Positions 25,853-38,492 of a stretch of 64,000 nt of DNA are shown in pieces. Made by a program: the position numbers and the translations under genes. How positions within the stretch are numbered: position 1 is the first letter of the stretch; every line of letters begins with the position of its first letter. Location of the stretch: positions 31,250,001 to 31,314,000 of the forward strand of contig NW_024704742.1 in NCBI RefSeq assembly GCF_018977255.1, written 5' to 3'. The notes below the pieces were generated by a model. It searched no databases. It was given only the letters and a program-made list of their open reading frames with translations, and was not told the DNA's origin. Origin of the DNA: Callorhinchus milii (taxonomy: Eukaryota).

Positions 25853-27514
25853 CTTTACTCTTACAGCCAGGATAGCCTTTAGGTTTAAATTGACGCATTA
25901 ACCTCATAAATGGGGTAAAATAAATGGGGAGGTGGGATATGGGGAGGTTTGTAGTATGTAGGTCATGGAATGAGCTGAATGAAATGGCTGCTTGAGTTCC
26001 TAATTTCCAATGTTCCTCTAGGGAGAGATTAGAACAGGAATGTGCAATAGTTATTTTATTCAAGGTTGCAGAATGCCTCGTGATGGAGCACTGAGTGAAG
26101 TGTGGAAGTGGGGTAAGTGCTTGTGCAGTATTTAATAATGAAGGGGAAAAAAAATCTAGGCTTTTATATTGATGAGAATGAAGAGGAGTTTTGCATTGGC
26201 CATGCAGTTAGAGATATTTTGCAGATTGAGTTAGTACTATATTTATTTGACTTTTTAACTTCTCTTATCTTTTGAACATGGCTCCTTGCCTAAGTTGTCT
26301 AGCATTGCCGAGAACTTACAAAGCTCATTACACATATTGATCAGTCAGCTGGCATCTCAGCCACAATTGGAACTACAATCCATCAGCAAAGCGGTGGAAA
26401 CTGAGCACAGTGAAAAGAAATTCAGCCTTAAAGGAACTCTATCAATTTAAAACTTTTATATATTAGATTTCAGGTTCCTTTGGGGATTTTTAAAAAATAT
26501 TTTATTAATATTGTATATTAATGCTTTACTCTATGTAGTTCTGATTCTACGTATACCGTGGGAGCCCTGTTGACAAGGTACCAAAAAGGATTAAAAGCAA
26601 AGATTTGACAGAGAAGAATTTAAAACAGATAAAACAAATGGAGTGAAAGAGAGCTTTGCAAATTACAATAGCATCTCACGAGTGCACCTGTGCCAAAATG
26701 TCAGAATTATTTTGTTCTTAAATCTTTATTGACCTGAAGATCCATAATAGCACACAAAATGTAAAGGAATTTACTGAGGCTGAGGCTTGTTTTAGTAGTT
26801 AACGTGAATCAGTAAACAATCTTGTTTGTGATTCGATAACCATAATAATCTGATGGGTAAATAGGCAAGATTAAGATGTATTAACCAAAAAGATTTTTGA
26901 CTTGGGTGTTTATTGCGAGATCACTGATCTCTGAAATGCTGTGAAAGGAAAATGAGAATTATGAAATAATTAAAATAAATTAATATGTATATTCTATTTT
27001 ATGGATTATGCATTGTGTATTGTGTATTTTATATTATATCAATGTAATATATATACACATAGGACAATAGAGCTCTACAACCATTCAGCTAACGTATGTG
27101 TTGCCTCTTTGAAAGAGCAATCCATTCAGTCACATTTACCTGCCATTTCCCCATACGCCAAGAAATTTTTCATTTTTCTTATCTATGTAGTTCCTTCTTT
27201 TAAGATAATAAAGATCCCACCTGAGCTGCTTCTCCTGGTATTTTCCACATCATCCTAACAACTCTGTAAAACAAAATCCTTCCAATCTCCCTTTTGCTCC
27301 CCAGGGATTTTATTCAGTAATACCCAAATGCTCTGACACTATAAGGGTCGCTGTATAAATGCAAGTTTTTGTTGTTATCATTTGCTAATATATACGCGCA
27401 GTACAATGTATGATCATTGTTGTACCTAAATAGTGCTAGGATAACTCTTCTTTCATCCTTCAATCCAATGATTTCTAAGCAAGGCAGGCACCCTAACCAC
27501 TGAGCTACAGGACT

Positions 27515-27740
27515 CTACAGGTGTATCCCACCTACACATGGAAATCCCAGAGATAGATTGTTGGAATAGAATGTGCACTCTCTCCCTGGGGATGCATCCC
27601 GCTTACTTAATTCTAGAAATTATTAGACGCATGTTGGCAAGAGGCTTGGGGACATCAGAATGTGTGTTGGGGTACTGCTGTTTAGCCAACTAAAACCACA
27701 TAGCTTGTCATTGATATTGCTATCAGGCAAGCTTTCCTGC
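27515..27740 (-). repeat. Unclassified repeat family A, copy 3
   Basis: Reverse complement aagtaagcgggatgcatccccagggagagagtgcacattctattccaacaatctatctctg is nearly identical to 3760-3822. Confidence 0.85.
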
Positions 27741-27814
27741 TGCTTGTCCAGCTAGGACCACCCCACCCGTACAATTGGTCATTCACTTCATGAGTGTTTA
27801 GAGGACATTACTGT

Positions 27815-28097
27815 GTCTGGCCCACCATCGGAGGTCGCGCTTTCAGCCACTACGCACCAAAACTCTAGAACACTATTCCTCAATCCCTCCACCTTGCCCC
27901 CTTGCTCCCCTTTTTCAAGTTCTGCCTGAAAACCTTCCTCTTTGACTGCGCTTATGACCACGTCCACCACCCCCACATCACCCCCCCCCCCCCCCCCCCC
28001 GGTTCGCAGTCAGGCTCCACCACTGTTAAGCGCTCTGATGAAATGCTGCCCTGCGTGGAGGGCGCAATATAAGTGCAAGTTGTTGTTGTTGTTGTTG
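27815..28097 (+). mobile_element. L2 3' end
   Basis: cccaccatcggaggtcgcgctttcagcc...ggcgcaatataagtgcaag(ttg)n. Confidence 0.88.
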
Positions 28098-28312
28098 CAA
28101 AAGTTGTAACAAAAACAACTTGTACGTTTGCCTATAAATGCAGTCATTGCATATTACAATGAAATCCTATGAAGCGCTTTGAGATGTTTTAACGTGATAA
28201 GGTGCTACATCAAATGCAAGAATTATTTATCAGATCCTCTGTTACAACACAGTATTATAAGTTTGTCAGTTACTGCACCAAATATCAATATGCGTAGAGT
28301 GTTGTTGCACTG

Positions 28313-29600
28313 AACAACAACAACAACAACAACAAAATTACATTTGTATAGCGCCTTTCACATCAGGAAGATGTCACAAGGCGCTGGACAGACAGAGTTA
28401 TGGACTTGAGCTGGGGGTTGGGGTCAGGGAGGGTGGAGGGCAGGGAGGAAGCTGGGAGATCAAAAGCACGGTCGAAGAGGAGGGTCTTGAGGTGGGTCTT
28501 GAAGGTGGCAAGGGAGGGGGCGCGGTGGAGGGATTGTGCGATGGAGTTACAGAGGGTGGGGGCAGAGTGGCAGATGGCCAAGAGTGGGGCAAGCAAGGCT
28601 GGGGATGTGAAACAGGCTGGAGCCCGCTGAGCAGAGAAAGTGACTAGGATGGTAGGGGATTAGGAGGTTGCAGAGGTAGCGGGGAGCAAGACAATGGAGG
28701 GCTTTGAAGGTGAGAACCAGGATCTTGAACTGTATCTTCTGTGTGATGGGAAGCCAGTGGAGTTGGGCAAGGATGGAGGTGATAGGGTCGCGGAGCCTAG
28801 TGCGGGAGAGGACACGGGCTGCAGAGTTCTGGATGATCTGCAGCCTGTGGAGGGAAGAGTTGTGGAGGCCAACAAGCATGGAGTTTGCATATGATGTAAT
28901 GAAAACATACATGAGGATTTTGGCGGTCTGCGTTGTGAGACAGTAGCGGAGCCGGGCGATGTTGCAGAGGTGGGGGAAGGCAGAGCAGATCATGGCGCAG
29001 ATGTGGGATAGAAAGGATAGTTGAAGGTCAAACAAGATCCCAAGGTTCCAGACTGGCTTAGAAAATTGGAGTGTGCAACCATAGATGGTGTTGCTTTCAG
29101 CGCTTGAGGTGAGGAGTCGCTGACGGGAGCCAATCAGGAAAACCTCGGTCTTGTTGACGTTCAACTAAAGAAAGTTAGCTCTCATCCAGGACTTGATATC
29201 TGACAGACATTCTGTCAGGACAGCAGTGGTCCTGAAGTCAAGGGTGGAGGCAGAGAGGTAGAGTTGGGTGTCATCCGCATACATGTGCAAGTTGACCCCA
29301 TGTATGCGGATGATGTCACCAAGAGGGAGCATATAGATATTGAAGAGGAGGGAACCAAGGACACAGCCCTGAGGAACACCACACGAGACGGGTCAGGGGA
29401 GAAGCCATTTGTGAAGATGAAGTGGAGGCGGTGTGAGCGGTATGATCTGAGCCACTCAAGGACAGAGCTGTGAAGGTTGAGGTGAGAGGAGAGGCAGTGG
29501 ATAAGGATAGAGTGGTCGACGTTGTCGAAAGCAGCAGGGAGGTCAAGGAGGATGAGGAGGCAGAGGGAGCCCTGGTCGCAAATGGACAGAATGTCATTCA
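28313..29600 (-). mobile_element. L2 LINE fragment including part of the RT domain
   Basis: Minus frames give [31 protein letters not shown] (catalytic YADD), NVNKTE and LHWLPITQKIQFKIL; (caa)n tail near 28313; frameshifted. Confidence 0.96.
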
Positions 29601-30284
29601 GGTTACTCGGCCCAACTAGCCTGTGCTGGTGTTTATAGTTCATCTATGATGCAAATTTCCTCTTAAATACATTGATGCTTCTCGTTTCAAGCTCAGTTTA
29701 TGTCAGTGAGTTTCACATTCTTGATGAGCCGGGCGGAGGATGCCGGGGCTGGAGCAGAGGGAGGCTGTGAAAGGTCCCTTAACCTATTAAACTTCCTATT
29801 AGATCTATTACTCACTATTGTATATTTATGTATGGTATTAGGGTGTGTTTTAAGCATTATAAAACATAAGATTGTTCCTGAAAATAACTTCCATGTAGAT
29901 TGTCTTTCTGCATCTTTTTCACAGCGCAGTTTGAGGGCACGTGAAGCACTTCCGTGAAAGCACTTGTTGATCAAACTCAGTCGGATGAATCTTTGCTGTG
30001 TGTTTCCTGTGAATTTCTGATACGTACATTTGTTAATCACAGCAACCAATAAATAATATCATCCTTGCCTTATCAAGTCATTGAGAATGCCTCAAAGCGA
30101 TTCACAGGATATACTGTAAAGTGGATTGAATGTATTTTGTCGACGAAACAGTAGTGTCCCACAAACAGCCATGGAGTGAATGATCAATTAAATACTAACC
30201 CTGGGAGACTTAAAAGCTGAATAACAGGTTACCTACACTTGGGTCCTGATAGCAAACACTTTCTTTGTGGATAAATATTAACCG

Positions 30285-30625
30285 CATAGTCCCGTATCGT
30301 AGTGGTTAGCACTCTTGCCACAAGTGAGAGGACCCGGTTTCGATTCCTGGGCAGGGTGAAACCTTAGGGAAGTTTCCTTACTCCACACACCTCTGTTTAC
30401 CTTGCAGTAAATAGGTACCCGGTTGTTAGTTGGTTGGTAAATGGCTTTCCAGGAGTAATAATCCCTCCAAAAAGAAATAATTGGTCACTCAATCCACAAC
30501 TGTTTGTGGGACACTGCTATGGCTACCATGTTTCACCCAAAAGTACAGTCAATCCCCTTTACAATATATTCTGTGAAGTGCTTTGAGATGTGATAAGGCC
30601 TGTATGAAATGCAAGGATTATTATA
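30285..30625 (+). mobile_element. tRNA-Ala SINE, long form
   Basis: tRNA head, ctctgtttaccttgcagtaaataggtacccgg segment, shared 3' half, aaatgcaaggattatt tail. Confidence 0.88.
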
Positions 30626-30787
30626 TGTCATAATGCGGACCAGAAGCAGTTCTATTCAGACTTTACATGGATTTAGTTTGAAACAAGGGCAAGTTCATGC
30701 TGAGTCTTGTGCAGTTGTATTTCTTGCACAATGCCCTCTGTTTGGTGCACGCGTGACTTAAATCATTTTGGACACCAACGCAGAACT

Positions 30788-31114
30788 GGAGTTCTGTAGC
30801 TCAGTGGTTAGAGCACTCGCTTTGCAAGTGAGAGACCTGAGTTCAATTCCAGGCAGAGGGCGAAACCTTGGGCAAGTTTCCTTACTCCCCACAGAGCCTA
30901 ATAATAATCCCTCCAAAAAACCCAAAACAATAATTAAATTGGTCATTTTCAATCTACGACTGTTTGTGGGACATTGCTGTGCGCAATTGGCTGCCGCGTT
31001 CGCCCACAAATATACAGTCAATTCACTTTACAGTGTGTTCTGTGAAGCGCTTTGGGACGTCCTCCTGACGTGAAAAGCGCTATATCAAATGCAAGGATTA
31101 TTATTATTATTATT
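30788..31114 (+). mobile_element. tRNA-Ala SINE, short form, young full-length copy
   Basis: ggagttctgtagctcagtggttagagcactcgctttgcaag...gttcaattcc head; highly similar to 43467-43783; (att)n tail. Confidence 0.96.
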
Positions 31115-31279
31115 AACTAGAAAGGTTGATTTTTGTGAATGCAGCAGAATAGCAAGTGCAACAATTTGAATTTTCTGAATGTGATGAAGTCTCCTAGGTA
31201 GTGGGGCAGCTGTGTGCGTTCAACATGACTCCAAGACGTTCAAAGGCAGCTCCGTAAATACTCAATGTGAACGCTGCCG

Positions 31280-32530
31280 GGAAAGGCCGGGTGGGAAGAG
31301 AAAAACGGCAACTTATTTTCATGATGCCCCGTCGTCATTTCAACTGGATGGATTTAGAATCTGTCAAAGTTGTGAATAGAGATGAAGGACAGAGAGGTAA
31401 TTGCCTCCTCGCCTTTTACAAGTTTCAAAGGCAGCCAATGCAGGCCGACAGAAGGAGAGCTGTCTCTTTAACAAGGGGACAGTCAGTTGTGAGGTTATCT
31501 TCTTTCATGTTTATGGCAGTCTGCTACAGTTATTTCAAAAGCTGACATTGATCGACAGCTTCTATTAAGGGCTATCCAGAGCAGCTGGATTTAACAGATA
31601 TATTAAATAAAAACAGTTATTGCTTTTCATTGCTTTTCATAAAAAATCACCGCTAAATAGGTTCTGCCATCAGATGCAGTTGGGTACAAGGTTTTAATTT
31701 GAGGGACTGCTTTATAACACTGCACAATTGACACCAGCCTTTGTTTCCCTACAATAATGATTTTGTACATCTTGGAGAATTGATGGGCTGTCCTGGTGCT
31801 GTTGTGCTTTGTTGTTCTTTTATACATGGTGTGCTTGTCAGTGCGATGCAGCAGAAGCAGGGATAATGTCATAGCAGCCTCTTATCTCAGGATGTTGTAA
31901 TGGAGCCGCTGTAAGCCCATGCTTGGCTGTAAGATAAGAGCAACCTTACAAGCAAAGAGACCCAGGAGACAACAATGGCAGAGCTGTCAGGCACATATTA
32001 CAGCTCTTTTTTGCGCTAAGGGAGATATATGCACACTGAGTGGTGAATTACAAGCGTGAAATAGGCCCTGAATGTTCATCTAATAATGATGTATTTTTAA
32101 CAGGATTATGCTGTCCAATGATATTCTTTATCTAAGCAGTAAATGAAGGGGCAGCTGCAGGCTGCAAGTAACGTGTCATGTCTCCCTTTGTGCACTGCAT
32201 ATTAAAACCTTTATGGAAGTAATTAAATGTGTGCTTAATGGCAATGAGCTAGCAGAATGAATGTAAAATTGAATTAACAGATTTGATGGGGCACCATTAC
32301 AAGATGAACTAAATGCAATTACTGCAGGCATCTTTTTCCAAGTCAGATCTGCCTACATGACATGACTTAATTACAGGTTGTCAAATGCAGTTGCCTTGTG
32401 ATCTAATTGTCTAATATTTGGCATTTTAGTTTCAGCCAAAGCTCCGGAGACTGCAGACTGATCCAATGTTATGTAACCCAGTGACACTGGAAGCCGGTTC
32501 TAAATTAATATCAATGTAAATAGAATTAGG
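31280..32530. promoter_or_regulatory. Candidate long conserved non-coding element (enhancer-like)
   Basis: About 1.25 kb repeat-free block; dense taattaa/ttaattac, gctgtca, aacaatg/ctttgt and gataag motifs; no credible ORF. Confidence 0.5.
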
Positions 32531-33269
32531 ATGCAAATATTTAAAAATATATATATATTTTTGTCNAAAAAAGTTATCGCGGCAACATTGTAATCTTGAC
32601 ATGAAGTGGGATACGATGGAAATGGCGGTGTTGAGGCCTGGGAACTAGTTTCGAACATGACTATTTACATTTTTCTGGTTTGGAATGCCTCTGAGAAAAT
32701 TGTAACTATTTAACTGACATCATATATTTATGGGGATGTGAAATGAATATGACTTTTTCTCATTTTTTTAAATTAAAAAAAAGGTTCATGAATGATTCAG
32801 TCGCTCAGAATTGATTTACAAGACAATCAGACTCAAGCCACAGTGAGAGGTTCAGCCCCAACAAGTGTTTTTTTTTAACTGGACATTGTAATCCTTTGGG
32901 AGGAAAGAGAGAGAGAGAGAGAGAAATAGAGGATTACAAGGTGAATCTCATAATCACCAGTGGAGGTTTTTTCAACTTTAAAATTGTTGCTGTGAATTCT
33001 GCTCAGCGTAAATGGCAGAGATTCTTTAGTCGCTAGCAGTGCAGTAAAATCTCACGTGAGCTGGCAAGTGATAAGCAGCGAGGCATGTCATTACATGATG
33101 CGCCTTGATCCTCGAAAGTAGGGATATCTGCAAGACCAGAAAAGCTAGCTACTGTTAAAGGGAAATGGTGTGAAACATTGACAAGTTAGTAGAGCTGTAG
33201 ACAGTTCCAGCACAAAATGAGGCCATTCAATTCATTGTGCTCGTACTGCCTCTCTGCTCTCCGGCCTTT

Positions 33270-33780
33270 CAATAATAATAACAATAATAAACAAAACAAT
33301 AATAAATTGGTCATTTTCAATCTACGACTGTTTGTGGGACATTGCTGTGCACAATTGGCTGCCGCGTTCGCCCACAAAATATACAGTCAATTCACTTCAC
33401 AGTATATTCTGTGAAGCGCTTTGAGACGTCTAGAAGACGTGAAAGCGCTATATCAAATGCAAGGATTATTATTATTAATAATAAAAAATAATAATCCTTG
33501 CATTTGATATAGCGCATTATCACGTCATGGAGACATCTCAAAGCGCTTCACAAAATATACTGTAAAGTGAATTGCCTGTATACTTTCTGGGCGAAACGCG
33601 GCAGCCAATTACGCTCAGGAGTTTGATTTTTTTAAGGGATTATTATCCACAGAAAATGATCCACCAATCGACTAACAAACAGGTTCCGACTTACTGCTAG
33701 GTAAAATGAGGCATGTGGAGTAAGGAACCTGGCCTAAAGTTTCATCCCCACCCCCCCCAGACATCAAACCTAGGCCCTCA
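33270..33780. mobile_element. Tail-to-tail inverted pair of tRNA-Ala SINEs
   Basis: Plus copy 33270-33475 ends caaggattattatt; minus copy begins aataatccttgcatttgatatagcg near 33490 and runs to about 33780. Confidence 0.92.
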
Positions 33781-33884
33781 TACCCTTTTATATTTTGATA
33801 TCTACTTGTGAAATAGATAGGGAGAAATAGATTTACCCAACTGGCTCAAATCTGATCTAATGGTCCACTGGCAGATTTGGGTGA

Positions 33885-35716
33885 ACCACATCAAAACATA
33901 TCACAACCCTCGCCTCCGCTAAATCGTCCTTCTACTCCAAAATAATCTTGGAGGTGAAGGACAACCCCAAACTCCTATTCTCCATCACAAACGGGCTCCT
34001 CCGTCCACCCTCTTACACCGCATCCGTTCACTCTTCAAACTCTGACTGAGGAGATACTGGATTTCCTCCAGTCCAAAATCGAGGGGATTCATTCAGCTGC
34101 CTCCGCCTTCCCAGCCGCCACTCTCTCCCCATCTCCTCCCCAGACTGCGACCCCTACCCATCCCTCCCTCCACATCTTCGTACCTATCCCTCCCTCCTCT
34201 CTCATCACCATCATATCCAGCATGAAACACATCACCTGCTCCCTTGATCCCTCTCCTTACCTCTCAGCTCCACCTTCTCGCCATTCTACTCTCTGACACC
34301 ATTAATCTCTCCTTATCATCTGGTACAATTCCCATCTCTCTAAAAAGAGCTATGATCACCTCCATCCTGAAAAAACTTCCTTGGAACCATCCCTGCTTTC
34401 TAACTACCAGCCCATTTCCAACCTCCCTTTCTTTCCAAGGTCCTTAAAAGAGTTGTTGCTTCCCAGCTCCTTCCTCTCCTACCATTCCTTTCACGAACTG
34501 CTCTGGTCAACGTCACAAACGACATCATATCCATCTGTGACCAGGGCTCCCTCTGCTTCCTTGTCCTTCTTGACCTCTCCGCTGCCTTCGATACCATGGA
34601 CCACTCCATCCTCCTCCACCGCCTCTCCTCTCACCTCAATCTTCAAGATTCTGTCCTTGAATGGTTCAGGTCCTATCTCTCACACCATCTCTAATTTGTC
34701 TCCACCAACGGTTTCTCTTCCAGCCCCCGCACAGTCTCGTGCAGTGTTCCTCAGGGCTCTATCCTCCGTCCTTTCCTCTTCACCCTCTATACGCTCCCCT
34801 TTGGTGACATCATCCGCAGACATGGGGTCAACTTCCACATGTACACGGATGACACCCAACTCTATCTCTGCCTCCACTCTCGATTCTAGGAGAACTGATG
34901 TCCTAACAGACTGTCTGTCAGACCTCAACTACTGGATGAGAGCTAACTTTCTTCAGTTGGACGTCAACAAGACTGAAGCCCTCCTGATTGGCTCGCACAA
35001 ACGCCTCCGCACCTGAGGCACTGGCAGCATCAGCATCCATGGATTCGCACTCCACCTCACCAAGCCAGTCAGGAACCTGGGTGCTTGTTCAACCCTCAAC
35101 TGTCCTTTCTCCCCCATATCTGTGCCGCAACCCGCTGTGCCTTTGTCTCACCCCTCAGACCACCAAACCCCTCATACACGCATACGTCGCCTCAAGGTTT
35201 GACTACAGAAACTCCCTCTGCAGCTTATGTCCTCTCCCGCACCAGGCTCCGTGAGTCCATCACCCCCACCCTCGCTCGGCTCCACTGGCTCCCCATCCCT
35301 CAGATGACAGAATTCAAAATCCTCATCCTCACTTTCAAAGCCCTCTACGGCCTTGCCCCCTCCTACCTCTCTGACCTGCTAACCCCCTATCAACCCGTCT
35401 GCTCCCTCTGTTCAGCAGGCTCCGGCCTGCTCCATGTCCCCCACCCGACTCGCCCTACCATTCGGCAGCCGGGCTTTCAACCTCTCTGCCCACACCCTTT
35501 GGAACTCCATCCCACAATCCCTTTGCCTTGCTCCTTCCCTTGCCTTCTTCAAGGCACGACTCAAGACCCTCCTTTTCGACTGTGCCTTCATCTGTCCTCC
35601 TACCTCTCTGCCCTCCCTCATCCCAAGCCTGTCCCCCCACCCCACGCTCGGGTCCTGATCCCCGACGTCCTCCTGATGTGAAAGGCGCTTTCCAAATGTC
35701 ATTTTGTTGTTGTTGT
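33885..35716 (+). mobile_element. L2 LINE, longest fragment (about 1.8 kb decayed ORF2 with RT)
   Basis: [64 protein letters not shown] and LHWLPIPQ motifs; (ttg)n tail; several stops and frameshifts. Confidence 0.97.
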
Positions 35717-35854
35717 CTGATTCTCTGTTCAAAGCTAATATAGATTCTGCTTTAACCACCATCCCAAATAGATCATTCTGCATCCTAACAACCGTCTGTG
35801 TAAACAGAATTTCCTCCTAAAAATTCCCAAACAAAATTCCCTTTTAAAAGCTAA

Positions 35855-36395
35855 CGTAGATTACATTTGTATAGCACCTTTCACGTCGGGAGGACATCCC
35901 TGGTGCTGAACAGTCGAGGATTTGGACCCGAGCTGAGGGTTGGGATTGGGGAGGGTGGAGGGCAGGAGGGTGGCCAAAGGCTCGGTCGAAGAGGAGGGTT
36001 TTGACATGCGCCTTGAAGGAGAAGGGGTGGTGCAAGGCGCAGGGACTGTGGAATGGAGTTCCATAGGGTGGGGGCAGAATGACTGAAGGCCTGGCTGCCA
36101 ATGGTGGAACGGTCCGTCTGGGAGACGTGGAGGAGGCCAGAGCCTGCTGAGCGGAGGAAGCGGACAGGTTGATATGGGGTGAACAGGCCGCAGAGGTAGG
36201 GAGGGGCAAGGCTGTGGAGGGCTTTGAAGGTGAGGATGAGGATTTTGAACTCTATCGTCTGTGGGATGGGGAGCCAGTGTTACCGGGCGAGGGTGGCGGC
36301 GATGGGGTCATGGAGGCTAGTGCGGGAGAAGACGCGAGTTGCAGAGTTCTGGATGATCTGCAGCTTGTAGATGGAAGAGTTGGGAAGGCCGACAA
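35855..36395 (-). mobile_element. L2 3' fragment
   Basis: Reverse complement covers LQIIQNSATRV to the tail gtgaaaggtgctatacaaatgtaat; inverted relative to the 33885-35716 copy. Confidence 0.93.
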
Positions 36396-36467
36396 GGTTT
36401 CCGACAAGGTTCACATGGTTTCTGTCCTTGTTAGAGTCACATCCAGTAGCATCTTACCAATATACAT

Positions 36468-36653
36468 AATAATAATAATGCTTGCATTTGATATAGTGCC
36501 TTATCACACCGTTGAGATGTCTCAAAGAGCTTCAGTGAATATACTATGAAGTGAATTGACTGTATATTTTGTGGGTGAAACATGGACAGTCATGGATTGA
36601 TTGACCAAATTCTTCTTCTTTTTTTTAAAATTTATTTATTTATTTATTTATTT

Positions 36654-36685
<32 letters not shown>

Positions 36686-37010
36686 TTTGTTTGTTTGTTT
36701 GTTTGTTTGTTTGTTTGTTTGTTTGTTTGTTTGTTTGCTTGCTTGCTTGCTTACTTAATTTTCGAAGGGATTGGAGTCCTGTAGCTCATCTAGTCAATCT
36801 AATATAATCTTTCAATCAATCGACAATATATCTGTGAAGCGCTTTGGGACGTACTCTCTATCAAATGCAAGGATTATTATTATTATTATTATTATTATTA
36901 TTGTTACCACAGAAAGTGATCCGCCAAATGACTAACAACTGGGTTCCTACTTACTGCTGGGTAAACAGGCGTGTGGAGTAAGGAAACATGCCTAAGGTTT
37001 TGTCAGGCCT
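36468..37010 (-). mobile_element. Long-form tRNA-Ala SINE with an expanded compound microsatellite and a nested deleted SINE
   Basis: SINE 3' half 36468-36610; (ttta)n(tttg)n(cttg)n 36630-36752; plus-strand mini-SINE 36773-36902 (ggagtcctgtagctca...caagg(att)n); host 5' part resumes near 36905. Confidence 0.85.
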
Positions 37011-37094
37011 GGGAAAGCTCCAAATAATCCAAAAAGATTATTTTGCAACATGTGGTGTAAGAGGTATCAGTTATAAACTGCGGCAATTTATAAT

Positions 37095-37250
37095 TGGTTT
37101 CTTTAATAAAGAACCAACTGTTGAGATCTACCCTCTGAATCAATCACTTTCAGGGCAGAGTTCCCACGGGCCGGCAAGACATCCTTACAGATCTTGGAAG
37201 GCATTCCCACTCGGATTCCCTATTAAGGAATCCCATTAGAAATTGCCACA
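37095..37250 (+). repeat. Unclassified repeat family B, copy 1
   Basis: gagttcccacgggc...gacatccttacag...ggattccctattaaggaatcccattagaaat matches the reverse complement of 59830-59985 and part of 55480-55572. Confidence 0.7.
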
Positions 37251-38262
37251 CTAGTGCTTCCTTGAGTGGTAGCTAACCTGAAAGTGAATTAATTGCTGTA
37301 GAAAGTGAACGTGGCCTATTTATAGGGATCAAATCTCAATGTCCTGTCTCACTTACATATCAGAGTGACACTCCTCTTACATTGAATTTACTGCAGACAT
37401 TTTTTTAATGGGGTTAAAATCCAATACTTTGGGTGTATGTAAATCAGATGACTCAAACCATAACATCAATAGGGAATGGAAGGATCATTTTCGGAAATGT
37501 GTTCCTACGAATGGAGGCGCGTTGACTTGATTAACTATGTATTCCACCTTGCATGCAAAGGAAGTTCAGTTGTAATTATATGTCAGCATTACCACAACTC
37601 TTTAGTTCACTGGAGCTTGTAAGTACGTACAAGACTGCAATTCATCTGTGATTTAAAATCATCAGCATATATTGAGTGAATACAGAGATGCTGGGGAACG
37701 ACAGCAGGTCAATCAGTATTGCAACTCTAGGTTAATGTTCCAAGTATAAGTTCTGGCACCTGCCTATCTCTCTGATTTTCCCCTACCCCACTCTTCTGCT
37801 TGCCCCATATGCTCGGCAAACTCGAGCCTTCTGCACTTTCCCCATCTTCTCTGCCCTCACCATTGGTGGCCGAGTCTTCATCATCTTCTCCACACCCTCT
37901 GGAACCAGATTTCTGCATGTTTCTTTCTGACATCTTCATAATGATAAAAATATGGGTTTCACCCACAAAACACAAGGTCAACCCACTTTACAATATATTC
38001 TGTGAGATGATGTGATAAAGCTATGTGATATCAAATGCAAGGATTATTAGCAGTATTGCTGTTAGATGTCAAACACCTGACTGACCCAAAAAACCGTCAT
38101 CAATGGATGGCAATGGATTTCCAGGATTTGCCATTTTTCTTTTTATTTCTTTCTAAAAATGCCAGTTGAAAAATGTGATGTTTCACACCAGGTTTGATGC
38201 TATCGAATGGAATCTGTCACAAAACTGAGCATTTTTCATCCTCATTTATCTTTGTAACTTTT

Positions 38263-38492
38263 AACCTTGGGCAAGTTTCCTTACTCCATATGCCTGATAA
38301 TAATCCCCAAAACAATAATAAATTGGTTACTTCAATCCACAACTGTTTGTAGGACACTGCTGTGCACAATTGACTGCCGCATTTTCGTCCAGAAATATAC
38401 AGTCAATTCACTTTACAATATATTCTGTGAAGTGCTTTGAGATGTCTAGAAGAAGTGAAAAGCACTATATCAAATGCAATGTTTATTATTAT
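38263..38492 (+). mobile_element. tRNA-Ala SINE, 5'-truncated short form
   Basis: accttgggcaagtttccttactcca...cactatatcaaatgcaatg(tta)n. Confidence 0.9.

Noticed and set aside
28547..35681. Longest ORFs (205 aa at 28547, 211 aa at 34381, 198 aa at 35085; also 202 aa at 48428) as host genes
   Set aside because: All lie within frameshifted L2 ORF2 remnants; none is an intact RT or a host protein.
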